From: Paraspadella gotoi
Lineage: Eukaryota; Animalia; Chaetognatha
NCBI GenBank assembly: GCA_051294375.1
Contig: CM119265.1
Coordinates: forward strand, 10,864,338 to 10,928,337
DNA length: 64,000 nt
Direction of reading: 5' to 3'
The notes under the pieces were generated by a model, which saw only the letters and a list, made by a program, of their open reading frames with translations, did not search any database and had not been told where the DNA came from. A program made the translations under genes and the position numbers. How positions within the stretch are numbered: the stretch's first letter is position 1; the number at the start of each line of letters is the position of its first letter. Below, piece after piece: positions 15,001-28,400 of this stretch.

Positions 15001-18000
15001 AACATTATAAAAATGTTTAATATTCAAGGTTTTATTTTATAAAAAGTCATTATAAGTATTTAATGCATGGCGTTAAGAATTTTTATATAAAAACTACTAC
15101 GCTTTTATAGTTTTGGCTGGGACTTACAGTTTTTTTTTAAATAAAAATTATTATGAATTACGATGAAGTTTTATAAAAGTGTGCGATCATAGTAAGTTAA
15201 AAATTTAGATATAGCTTCTCATCTTGAAATAGCTCTGAAATTTTCATATTACATTTGGATTCAAGTATTTTTTGTTTGAATTTCCACTTCATTATAATTT
15301 ACTGCAATATGCAAATGAGATTATAGTACTCAATATAATATTAAAATTATTATATAGAAATGCTTTAATCTAATTTACATATTGCAATAAATAATATTGA
15401 AGATGAAATTCATAAAAAAAATATTTGAATCAATAAAAAACATGAAATCAAAAGACCTTTTTAATGAGAAGCTATTTCTTAATTTTAATACAAATAAAAA
15501 TAAAATCTTTTACAAGCTATGATTGAAAAGAATTGTATCAATTTCCAATTGTAAACAATTGTAACATTTTTTTCCTTTCTTTTATTTTCGATCATTTGGT
15601 TATCATCGCATCAATTAATGGTTATCATCGGATCAATATTTGGTTATCATCGGATCAATCATTTGGTTATCATCGCATCAATCCTTTGGTTATCATCGCA
15701 TAAATATATGGTTATCATTGAAGGTAGGCTCGATCCTATTCTTTTAAGATTTTTTGTTCGTTTTTCTTACTCTGATAAACGCGCGATCTATCGACTACCG
15801 CGAACAAAAGGGCATTTCGTGGCGAGGCGGACCGATATGAGAATTACCCCTGTTCCGAATTACCCCGCACTACCCTAAACAAAAGACTCGACCATCGGTT
15901 AATAGCAAAAAAAAATAACAAAAGCGGTTGTGATCTTTAGTCGGTACTATCACCACGCTCACGAGTAAAAGCTTGGTAAATTAGGTTAACAATAATGCGG
16001 ATTTTTCCAGATTAAATAAACTAACCTCACGAGTCTTGTATTCGGCTCATGGCCCCTTAGATTAATACCATCAGCTAAAAAATTAATTTCCGAAAACTGA
16101 AATGTAAAAAAAAAAGAAAAGAAAAGACTAACCTCTGCATGATCTTGAGCTTCTCGAAGGCCTGTTCTTCCTTCTCTCTCTCCCCGGCCGAGACGTCGAA
16201 GAGCCAATCGAGATGCTCGGTGAGAAAGTAAATCGTCCGAATTTCTTCGCTCGTCCGTTCAAATCCGTCGACCGATGAAGACGTCGACATCAACGTAGGA
16301 CCGAAGATGGCGCTCAGGTTCTTGAGATCCTGTTTGAAGATGGCGAGAAAAGAATGGAGAATTCAAAACGAATAAATTAACCACTATTCAACTCACCATG
16401 AGATTTGTCTCGCTCTCTCGCGAAATCCTTCGCAAGTGTACGAGTAGCGCCTTCAAAGTAGCGTAATTGACGACCGGAAGTTGACGCAGGAGATTCTTGA
16501 CGCGACGCAACCGCGTTCTCTCGTCCGAGGGCGAAGCGTCTTCGGACCGCATGAGGTCGCACCATTCATCGTGAAGGGAAGTCAACAAAAGTGCATCGGG
16601 CAATTGGGAAAAAAACCTGAAAATTTATTTGCATTTGATAATAAATCATTGAAATTCTCCCCCTTGTGCCGTCCACCCCCTCCGTTTTCCTCACTTTTTC
16701 AAGACGTTAGCAACGTCCTCGACTCCGTAAGCGTCGGCGGCGTCTTCGCCGGCCTCTCCTTCCGTCAAACGCAGCTTGACGGCGCGCGCGTCGTCGCGAA
16801 ATCGCGCCAACAGCGCCGCCACTTTAGCCGCGGATCCGGAACGCCGGTAGATGCCGGGCGACGACAACCCGTGACTCAGGATGAAGGCGAGACATTCCTC
16901 CACAATCACGGGCACGTTGTCCTAAGTCCGTCAAGACATGAAAATATGTCAATCTCTGTCTATTTTCCAATCAACTAACTCACTTGCCTTGGTGAGTAAC
17001 TGCTCCTCGCAACCCGCTCCAGCCTTCCTCGCCTCCCGGATAAAGTTGAGCCATGATTCCGTCTCCTTCCTGCCCTCAGCCTGCAAAGCCAGAGTTCGGC
17101 CTTCGGGAAGATCTACCAGGATTTGAGGTGATGATCCCAGATCGACGGGAAGAAACCCTGAGAGCGAGACCAAACGATTACTTAAAAGCTCAATCAACTC
17201 TCATAATCGATTTTGTACCCAAATGATGACCCGCTGCACCGACGAGCCCTTCGCCATCGCCGTCCCTCGCCGCGCGGACGCCGTAGACGTTTTTGCGAAG
17301 ATCGAGATCCACGAGATGCTCCTCGAGAAGGAGAAACAGTGCCAGGAACTGTTTCTGTTATAAGAGGGGAAAACCATTAGTAATTCAGATCTTAAAATAA
17401 CCTCGTCCAAGAGTAACCAAATTACGTTGAGAACGGCCCAGGCTTTTGCCGACGAATCTCCGGTCTTGATGGAATCCTTGACGAGGAGTTTCCCGCATCT
17501 GGTGAAGCCGTCGTCAACGAAGTCAAACAGTTGAGGCGGGAGGAGGTTCATGGCCAAACAAGACTTCCAAGATTTCTAAGAAGACATTGAGGAGTAGGGT
17601 GGAGTGATGAAAAGATTGAGCGATGGAACAATGTTTTTTTGCTGCCTTTGTATATGTAATATAAAATAATTAAGCCCTTTTTCAAAAAAAATTTGCATAA
17701 CAGTATCATAAATTGAATTTTTTTTTATAGTAATATCCTTATAAAATCATAAAATTTTAAAATCATATTTTCTTAATTTTAAGAACAGTTTTGGATTCGC
17801 CGGAAAAAACTAAAAAACTTTTGTAAAATATGTTACATGATATTTTTAGGTTAAAGCTGCGAAAAATGACCAAAACGTTTCTTTGAGAGTCATCGCATAT
17901 ACCGAGATAATGAATTAGATAGAGATTACACATGGGAGTACAGGTACAGTATTTTTATTTATGACCAATATTTCGATCCATTGGACAGATCATCTTCAGG

Positions 18001-21000
18001 GCCAAATGAGTAAGTTAATAGACAGAGCAAAAAAAGAAGAGAGAGAGAGAGAGCGAGAGAGAGAGTGACCAAAATCATCTTTAAGGGAGAAATGTGCCGA
18101 GCGGAACGTCTGTGCTCGACTGAAGAGGCTAAGAGAAAAGAAAAGGACTTTGCATTAAAAATGTTTACTGATAATGGGCATGATCAAAAGACGTACAAAA
18201 AAATTATGCAGGATTATGGACCAAATGAAAAAACAAAGAACAAAAACAAAAACCAGAATCAAAATCAGTTGAATATCCGCAGCAGCAAATTCGCGATTTA
18301 TTTGCCGTCCTTCCATTTCATAACGCGGAAAATATTGAAATGCGCCCTTATGCCACATTACCCTACATCCCTGGAATGACCCATCAGCTACAGCGGGCCT
18401 ACACGAGGTCAGGGGCCAATCTGTTCTCTAAGTGTGGTCAGACTCTTTCTAGCATCCTGTGTGCTAAAATCAAGTCAAAACCTCCTCCACTGAAAGGGAA
18501 GGGGGTCTATAAATTTTCTTGTTCTTGCTCTGACAAAGCAATCTACGTTGGAGAAACTCGAAGCTTTGACATTCGTGCGGAAGAACACCGGAAAGCCGCA
18601 GAAAGCAGTTCTTCAAATCTCTCGGGAATCTCACAGCATAGAAAAAACTGTTCAGCGCCATTCGATTGGAAACCTGAGATCCTGTTGCAACCCAGAATAA
18701 AAAATCCAAAAAGCCTAAAACATCATCTCAAGGTTGAAGAGGCTTTGTGGATAAGGCGCCGAGACTGCTGCCCAGGACGTGGACTTAATGACGATCTTGG
18801 ATCCTATGTGAAGACAGACGTTTGGAAACCTGTTCTTGATGACTTTAAAAACAAGGAGGGGCGTGGAGGGATTAATCCCTGATTTTGGTCACTCTCTCTC
18901 TCTCTCTCTCGCTCTCTCTCTCTTCTTTTTTTGCTCTTTCTATTAACTTACTCATTTGGCCCTGAAGATGATCTGTCCAATGGATCGAAATATTGGTCAT
19001 AAATAAAAATACTGTACCTGTACTCCCATGTGTAATCTCTATCTAATAATAGTTCTATTACAAAGTGTTAAAAAAGTGGAGAATTTGACCTGTTTTTCTA
19101 TTTTTGACACAGAAGACATTGAAATTTTTAATATATTTTTGATCTAACTTTTTATAAAGAATCAGAATCAGAATATTTAAAAAATTATTTTGAAAATTTA
19201 TGATTTTATAAGAATATTACTATAAATATATTGTAATTAATGATACTGTTCCCCAAACAATATAAGAAAAATATTTTTTGTAATCTTTAATCAAACTATC
19301 TCACGTCTAAATATCCTTGTTTGATCACTCAAATAAAATTTATGTTCCCCAGTGCTCCACTCTATTGAGGAGGCAAGTTGCAATGGTTGCATTTTCGTAT
19401 TCTTCTCTTTTATTCACTTTCCCTTTCACCTTCTTTTCCGAATTTTCGGCGGCGAACGTATAAGTCCTAGACGGAATAGTAATCTCGAAACTGTTGGCAT
19501 CTTCCCCACTGCAAAGAATAACCCGACTGAGCAATGAATAATGACAAAAATCAAAACCGTATGAATGCAACCTTTGATGCGGATCAGAAACGAGAACGAC
19601 ATCCTTGAGATCGACGGTCCCCTTCGGTGCCGTCGACTCCTCGTCGTCGAAGTATTTGAGGCTTCCGGCATCGAGGACGCAGAAACGACGAGCGAAGCGT
19701 CCGCGCGGACCGCCTTCTTTGAGCAGAAAGTCCTTGAGGGTGGTGTGGCCGATGCGCGATCGGGAGTGGGGATTCCGCCAGGAGACTGGAAAGGGTTTTA
19801 TTTGAGGGGGCTTTCTGGACAGATATCTTTTTAAAGATTAAAATTAAATGGACTCACCAGAATTCCTGCTGCCAGCGATGCCGTCCTCTTCGGTGCTGCT
19901 CTCCAAAGCGTTCGACGCCAAGAAAGGACTCGGACCAGCGTCATCGGCGTCGGCGCCGTGGAGGGAAAGGAGCGCCGCTTGCAGGACTTGTCCGGACCTG
20001 TAATTTAGCATGAACTATTTCATGAATCGACCTCGTATACGATAAAGAAATGAGGCTCTAACCTTCTCGCAAGTTCCATCAAAGAACGCCCACCGAAAAC
20101 ATGATCTCTTCTGGTAGAGACGTCGGCTCCGGTGGCGATAAGTCGCATCGTCGTCATCAGTTCCGGCGTCTGAACATTTTTCGCCAAGGCCCTGTCCAAC
20201 GCCTCTTGATCTCCCTTCATCGGGTACATATTGCAGAATTTGCGCATCTTGTATTTCATAATGACGTAGTTCTTTCGCTCCAACTTTGAAGAGTCGGCGT
20301 TTATCTTTTCTTGGTCCAGGTAATATTCCCACATGCGGTTCGCGTTTTCGTTTCCTGGCAACGAACGGAGTTAAAATATCAATCAATCTCCCCGTTTACT
20401 TCTCCCCCCACTCGGTCTTCCCACTCACCGACGGCGCGCGTTAGCTCTATCACGTCGTCGATCCAGACCCCCTGATCCATCTTGAGTGACCTGACTTTAG
20501 AGTAGGAGACCCCGAGTTCTCTGTGGGCGCCGGAACAGTCCTTGCAGACGACGAGGCCCCAGTTGACGACGGCCCATTCAGGGTCGGGTCGTCCGCAGTC
20601 GGCGCAGAATCGGTTGGAAGGATTCTCGCGGATCAGGGACCAAATTCTGAGAGCGGAGGGGAGTGTCCCGATAGAGTAAAAATCTTAAAAGCTTAAGGAT
20701 CGTCGCAATCGCATAAGAACAAGTTTGCGCAAACAATTAATTAATCGATTAATTAATTAATTAAATAATTAATAAATAAATTTATAATACAGCTTATCAT
20801 CATCGATGTCCTTAAAATAAAGATAAATGTGACTTATATTTTTTTCATTTAAACTCATTTCCACTGGCACAATTCCGTCAAAACTTTATATCTAGCTTCT
20901 TCACAAACTTTCCTTCCCGCTCAACAAAATTTCATCTCAATCTATTATGGTTAAAATAAGTAAAAAGAGTCAAGTAATGTGACTCATATTTTTTTCATTT

Positions 21001-22388
21001 AAACTCATTTCCACTCGTACCGAAACTTTATATCAAGCTTCGTCACACATTTTCCTACCCACACACAAAATTTTAACTCAATCTATCCATCAATTATGAT
21101 TAATTAGAGTATTTATTGGTTTAAAATAAGTAAAAAGATTTTAGTAAATGCGACTTATGTTTTTCCATTTAAACTCATATCCACTCACACGATTCCCGTC
21201 GAAACTTTATATCCAGCTTCATCACACATGTTCCTACCCATAACAAAAATTCATTCCGATCCAACCAGCAATCACGAGTTATTGGGGCTTTTTTGCTAAG
21301 GTGGGACGGATGGACGGTATTGATTAGTGAATAATTAATTGACTAATTGATTAATTAACTGATTAATTATTTGATTTATTAATACATCCTGCATATACAT
21401 TTAATATAAAAGGAAAAAAAATCATAATCAATTAGTGAAACAGGTTTTTTTTGTTTTTTTCCATTTAAACTCATTTCCACTCAAACGATTCCATCGAAAC
21501 TTGGTTTCCTGTTAAATCACACACTTTCCTACTCACATACAAAATTCCAGGTCAATCGCCCCATCCACTCATGAGCAATTGTGTTCAAATAGTGAATTAT
21601 ATTTTTTTTGTTTTTTCCATTTAAACTCATTTCCACTCAGCTCATCGCACACTTCCCTACCCACACACACAAAATTTCATTCAAATCCATCCATCCAATC
21701 ACGAGTAATTGTGTTTTTTGGCTAAGGTGGGACGGACAGACAGAGCGGAGGACGGACATCATTTTTTTTGGCAATAATTTATCATAATTCGATGTTCTGA
21801 CATGATATAGTTAGTGCCCGACAATATTGAGGGGGACGGACCGACGGACCGACAAAGTGAATTATAGAGTCGGGATTGATAACAAATTTTGATACTGAAA
21901 AACATCGATTTGGGAAACAGTGCTAATTTTATTTAGACCATGCATAAAATAAAATTAAAAAAAAAGAAAATTAAATTATAAACAGAAAGAAAAATTATAT
22001 TTTGCGCTTGTCAATTAAAAAAATAATAAAGTATTGAGGAAAATTAAAGTTACAGTTTCTGATAAAAAAAGTTTTTTTTTGTCATTGTCAATTTTTATTG
22101 TCAAATAAACTTATCAGCAGACGCAGCCCCTTAGAAAAAAAATTTGAAAAAAGAAAATTAATTTATAAACAGAAAGAAAAATTCTATTTTGCGATTGTCA
22201 ATTAAAAAAAATAATAAAGTACCGAAAAAAATTAAAGTTACAATTTTTGAAAAAAAAAAAACTTTTTCATTGTCAAAAAAAAAAAATAAATAAAAACCCG
22301 ATGTTGCGATAGCAAAATGATAATATGCACGAATGCGATGCCTAATTTTACGAGTTCAATCCTAATTCAATTTTTTTTAAATAAAAAC

Positions 22389-22435
<47 letters not shown>

Positions 22436-25400
22436 AAAAGGCAGAAGCAGAAGCAGCAGAAGAAAAAAGAGAAAAAGAGAGCCCCTGCAGAGCCAGCTGC
22501 AGATTTTTTTTTTTTTGATGAATCAGCACTGGGGAAAAGAGAGAGATAGCTTCATATAATTAAAAGAGAAAAGAGAGAGAGAAGGAGACATAAAAATAAA
22601 ATAGAGGATATTTGTTTGTTTTGATAAAACGTAAACAAAACATATTTAATAACTGTCCTGACCCAATTTTAAGGACATCGATGATGAGAAGCTGTATATA
22701 AATTTTCAGCTTCATACACCCAAATTTAATCATTAAAAAAGCGATCTATAATTTGGAACGCCGATGACAACAACGACGACGACGCCACTCATGTGCAAAA
22801 CCACAGCAAAATCATCGCAAACGCAAAGCGATTGCGACAATAAAAAAAGGTGCTAAAGATGTGGGACACAAACTTTGACGAACTCACTCGTCCGAGTTAG
22901 TGGAGAGTCCGGCGGCTGTGGCGTCTCTCATGGCTTCCTGCCACTCCCTCATCTCCTCCAACGTCTCCGCGGCAAAGGTGAATCTAACGTGGGGAACGTG
23001 GACGAGTTGGAAGCGAGGGTGCTTGGCCGAGGCCGGCGTCAAATCCTGGTCGCACGAAGAGAAGAAATTTAACAGAGGGATAAGCAGATTCCATCGGATT
23101 CCCCATTTCTCTTCCCCATTAACGATCGCCACACCTTTTCTTCTTCCTCTTCCGCCTCTTTTCCTCACTTCCCTTTCCTCCTCATATAGCGACGAGAGAA
23201 GAAGAAGAGAGAAATTTTAGCTCCATCTTGTGTTCTACTTCAGCTCGATAGCTCCCTCTCATTGTTTTGACTTTTCCATTGTCTTTACTCATAGAAAGAG
23301 ATACTGGACCGACCCATCAGTTAGCTTAATGTCGAAAAATGACTTGAGGACTCACGCAAATTGAACCAACCTTGACGCAACCGAGCTTCATCTCAAGCTC
23401 CACTGCAGGCGAATCGTCAACAAAGTCTTTCTCCTCTTTGTAGATGCACATGATGGCGCCTTTGATCGCCAGAAAGCGTCGCCCCACCAACGCCTTGGGG
23501 TTTTCAGTCTGCTCCACGGCCTCCAAGCGGAGAAAACCTTGAAATTTTGAGAAAAGAAGAAGAAAAAATTAAATGTTAGTCTAAACAAGTTTGAGCAAAC
23601 AATGTCGGATCTGCCTACGATAATTAAGCGGTGATAAGCTAATACGATGATAAATCATGGTAATTTTTCTGACTCTCAATTTGTGATTATAACAAATCAT
23701 AACAGACTTCTTAATATATCTATGAAAAAATCTATAAACCAATTGATCTATCAATCATTACCAGTAGCTGTGCTTATACCAACTTGCATAATTTGGCCAA
23801 CTTTCATAATTTAATCAACTTGCATAATTAAATCAACTAGTATAATTGGGTCAATTGACATAATTTGGTCATCTTGCATAATTTGGTCAAACTGGCATAA
23901 TTTGGTCAACTGGCATATTTGGTTCAACGGCATAATTTGGTCAACTGGCATAATTTTGTCAATTGTCGTAATTTGATCAACTGGCATAACTTAGTCAACT
24001 GACATAATTAGCTTAACTGCAAAATTTGGTCAACCGGCATAATTTTGTCAATCAATCAATCAGAGAAAGATTGAGAGAAACTTTTAAAAATTGACATATG
24101 TCTTTTGGTTTTCTGTTTTAAACTCTTTTCCACGCCTACGATTCCATCAAAAACTTCTATCCACTTATCCAGCTTATCTCATAGTTTACTACCCACACAC
24201 AAAATTTTATTTTAATTTATCCAATTTTTAATAAATATAATAATTATGAGTAAATATAAGTAAATATGACTTGTTTTTTCCATTTAAACTCATTTCCACT
24301 CGCACGATCATTAATTAATCGTAGTTAATAAATTAATTAATTTAATCCAAAATGTTTGTTTTTAGGTCTTTTCGTCACTTACCACGATTAAAGCAACGAT
24401 GACGATGATGGCGACGATGACAATAATTCCAATAACGATTGACTTGATTGATTAAATAATTAATTAATTGATAAATAAATTGATTGAATAATTAATTAAT
24501 AGATAAATAATTGATTGATTTAAGAATTAATTGATTAATTGACTGATTAATTAATTATTGATTAATTAATTAACAAATTGATTAATTAACTGATTAATTA
24601 TTAGATTAATTAATATATCTTGCATTTACATTTAATATAAAAATAAAAAGGAGTATAATCAATTAGTGAAACAGGTTTTTTTTCATTTAAACTCATTTCC
24701 ACTCCGACGATTCAATCAAAACTTGATTTCCAGCTTAATCACACACTTTCCTACCAACATACAACATTTCAAGTCAATCGTCCCATCCACGCATGAGTAA
24801 TTGGCGTTCAAATAATGAAATATATTTTTTTGTTTTTTCCCCTTAAACTCATTTCCACTCGCACGATTCCATCGAAACTTCATATCTCGCTCGATCACAC
24901 AATTCCCTACCCACACACAAATTTTTATTACAATCCATTCATCCAATCTCGAGTAATTGGAGTTTTTTGCTAAGGTGGGACGGACGGACGGACAGATCGA
25001 CAGACAGACATTGTTTTTTTTGCATAATTTATCGTATTTTTCCTTTGTTTCGTTGCGATTTGATTTAGAACAAAGTTTTTGAGTTGTAACAACGATTTTT
25101 ATTTCATAGTGAAACGGACATGTTTCGACTCGCATAAGAGCCTTCAGCGCAATTCAATTTCAATTCAAATTGAATTGGCGCTGAAAAAGGCTCGTATGTA
25201 GCATAATTTATTATAATTCGATGTTCTGACATGAAATAAGTTAATGCCTGACAAGATTGAGGGGGCGGACCGACGGACCGACAAAGTGAATTATAAAGTC
25301 GGGATCTGCTTATAAGCAGATCCGACTAAAAATTATTAACAGCTTATTAAGAGCTGAATATAACCTACCCGATTTGTCGGGTTGATTCATATCGCCGCCT

Positions 25401-28400
25401 GGTTTGTATGAGTCTCGCGATTGTAGCTCTTTCGGTATAATCTGAACAATGAATAAATCGTTAAATTGTTGCAGTATTACACACTATCCAATTGGCCGAG
25501 CCTCGGCATTTTCACCTGCATAATGCTCATGCTCCACTGACACATGGCATCGCACGTGTCGGCGGCGAAAACGTATTCGCGATTGAGCGCGGTGATGACG
25601 AGGCGAAATTTGCGGGTCTCGCCGTCGGGCCCCACCTTCTGCGTCACGTTGAGAATGCGGGACCCGCGGATGACTTGCCTGAGAGGAGAAAGGGAAAGAT
25701 TAAAGCTTAGGGTTTGAACTTTTAAATTCTAAAGTGTTAAGATTTAAAATTTTAAAAAATCAATCCATTGAGTCAATGGATTAACCTGGAAAGTGGATCT
25801 TTGTCGCTGACAAAATATTTCAAGACACCGCCTTCATGACGATCATCGCCCTCGTGGGGAGTCAGACGCAACCATCGCTTAACCCATCGATTCGTACCTG
25901 TTAGCGTTGATAAGAGAAGGATAATCAAATGATATGTGACTAAAGAACACGAAATATTTTTATTTGGGATGACAACATCTAAAAAAATGAAAAAAATTGT
26001 GTTCTAACGAAAGAAATCGAAACCTAAAATAAATTCAACAATTTAGAAGAGAAAAAGAGAGAGTTTCCGGGAATCTTTCTAAAAGTCTTCATTCAACTCA
26101 CCGGCCGGGGTCTTAGTGAGTTTATAGAGCCAGCCTTGTCTGACCCCGGATTCGAGCAATCTAGATCCGTGATCGTCCAACGACGACAGAGAAGGGAGGG
26201 AGATGACACGCACGCGGCCTTCGTCGTCGTCATCGTCGTCGGCGGAGGCGATGACGTCCGAGTCGGAGGGGTCGCCGTCAGTGCTGCAACGATCGTCGTG
26301 AACGCTGGCGGGGAGATCACGTGACAGGTGAGAGCGATCAAGCCATAACAAAATATCACAAATTCAAGTCTCACCCGTCATCGGTGCCGACGGCGCTGTG
26401 ATAGGACGTTTGAGATTCCATGAGCGCCGAGGGACCGTTGGACATCCCGAGACCGTCCGGCACCGTGCCAGCCTTGGCGTAGGATTGAGGCGGACCGCGG
26501 CCCGAATCCACTGGCTCGTAGGTGCTGTGATCGACGGCGTGGGGCGGGACAGGCGGCGGGAGTTTCTGCGCCTGCGCCGTCGAGACCAAAGATTTCTTCT
26601 CAAAATGCAGCACGTGGTAGTCGATTGGCGGGGGTTTGGCGGAGACAACTTTCAAAGTTGTCATCGTCGTCGTCCCCAAAACGGCTCTCTTATCGTCTTC
26701 TGTCACGTCGTCATAGATTTGATCGTTCTCGATAGTCGATGGAGAATCTGCATCACATAACGTCTCGTTAAGATTATTCAGGTAAGACCAGGATGTCATA
26801 CACATCACTTACCTTTAGGATTTCCGCTTTCCAATAGAGGATCGAATCCTCTCAAAAGCGAAGACGCGTCTCTCGTCTTCAACGACGACCCCACTTCCGG
26901 TTTCGCTCTCTTCGGCGCCAAAAGACGCGGGAAAGTCGGCGTCTCGTAAGTGTCTTGAAGCGGATCGTCGGAGCCGGGGTCCGAAGCGACTCTTGAGAGG
27001 TGAGAAATCGAGTTGCGGAGAGTTAGTTAATGAAAATATTTTGAATAAATACGATTCTACATTAGGAAATAATTCTAAAGATCAAGATCCATTTTTGTTT
27101 AATACAAGAATCAAAACAAATCCAAGAAAAAAAAATTTTAAAAAATTAAAAAAAACAGGAAAGAAAAAGAAAGAACGAAAAAATATTGAAATAGAATTAG
27201 CTCACCGAGACGGCGCCGAAGACGACGACGACCTCAGATAATCGAGCCGGTTGAAGGCGTCGCACTGCGCCTTCCAGTCGAGATCAAAGTTCTCGTCCGA
27301 AGTCTCCGGCGCTGTCTTCGATTCGAAATCGACGTCGTCTTCCATCGATTTTCGGTTCCGCAAAACGACGCCGTCGCCGCAACGAGCGTGATAATCTCTG
27401 GCGCCGCCGGAGATCGGCGGTGGCAACAGACCGGCGGGACATTCGCGGTCCCAGCGGCGCGGCGGAAGTTGGAGGACGACGAAATCGTTCTCGTCGGCGG
27501 CGGCATCCATAGGAGGCGTGGCCAACGGACCGCGATGTCCTGCCGGCTTTAACGCCATCTCCCGTAAGAGTTTCTGCGCCCCGACGTCGTCCTGCGCCAG
27601 AGAGGACACGCGCGCCGATGCGGGAGCGGCGACCTTATCGAGTTGAGCGACGGGCTTAACGCCGGAATCGCGCCCGACCCAAACTTGACCGTAGATGTCG
27701 CCATCGTCGGGCATGGCGTAGGCGTCGTCTGCGGCGTCGTCGACGTCGTCGGCGGTGAACGATGAGTCTTCACGCGGAAGAAGGCGCGACAATTGAAGGC
27801 TCGTGTCGTTGGCGGCGTCGACGCTGACGTCGTCGTTGGATCGACCGGAAGTGGCGTTGGCGAGGCACTCGTAAATGTCCTCGTCGTTGACGAAAGGAGG
27901 CTCGGCGTTGGGGCAAGAGGTTGACTCGGGTTCCGACTGAGTCCGCGGCGACGACGAAACGGCGTCGTAGGCGTCGACCGAGTCGTCGATAAGCGCGCCG
28001 TTCGATGGCGTCATCGTCTGCGCCAGAGTTCTGACGACGGCGCGCGGGGAATCGCCGGGGGACACGGAAGTGTAGATAGGAGATTCGGTGACGGAGGCGG
28101 CCTTGAGGGCGGCGGCGGCGGCGGCGGCGGGAAAGGGAGGTACGGGAGGCAGGCTGCGGGCCGGAGTTGAAAAACCCGAAGACTGGCGAGGTAACGAGGA
28201 AGATGGCGAGGGCGTGGCTTCTGGGGCGTCGGGGCTGGCGTCAGCCGCCATCAAGACTCCGCTGTCGGCGGCGCTTTCGCTCAAACTGACGTCGGCGACG
28301 ATGGCGTCGAGCGAGTCGAGGATGGCGTCCACTTCGGAAAAATTGGCCGGAGATCGATCTGGCGAGAAAAAGAAGTTAAAATGTCGAAATTAAAAACAGA

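Larger units (their letters stand above)
9687..15845. mobile_element. Second non-autonomous DIRS-like element, interrupted by younger insertions
   Basis: ITRs at ~9718-9805 and 15751-15838. ICR 13448-13497 (ataaaggaattaaaAATTctcatatcggtccgcctcgccacgaaatgccc) is complementary to both ends. AATT at both termini. GC-rich degenerate ORFs at 12290-14340. Confidence 0.8.
8596..15876. mobile_element. TIR DNA transposon/MITE hosting the DIRS-like insertion
   Basis: TIR agggtagtgcggagtaattcggaaca (8596-8621) pairs with tgttccgaattaccccgcactaccct (15851-15876); related internal motifs at 9240-9253 and 9331-9347. Confidence 0.75.
17597..19362. mobile_element. TA-flanked MITE (short TIR G(G/A)GTGGAG) hosting a PLE
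   Basis: TA|gggtggagtgatgaaaagattgagcg...gtgctccactc|TA; second copy at 40969-45837. Confidence 0.7.

Noticed and set aside
18340-18882. Stand-alone homing endonuclease or horizontally acquired GIY-YIG gene
   Set aside because: The upstream frame encodes the PLE RT C-terminal linker and the flanks are hammerhead pLTRs, so it is a truncated Penelope-like element.
23785-24050. Regular short repeats resembling a CRISPR array (also 2030-2300 and 61570-61770)
   Set aside because: Head-to-tail tandem units without unique spacers, inside eukaryotic TEs, with no cas genes.
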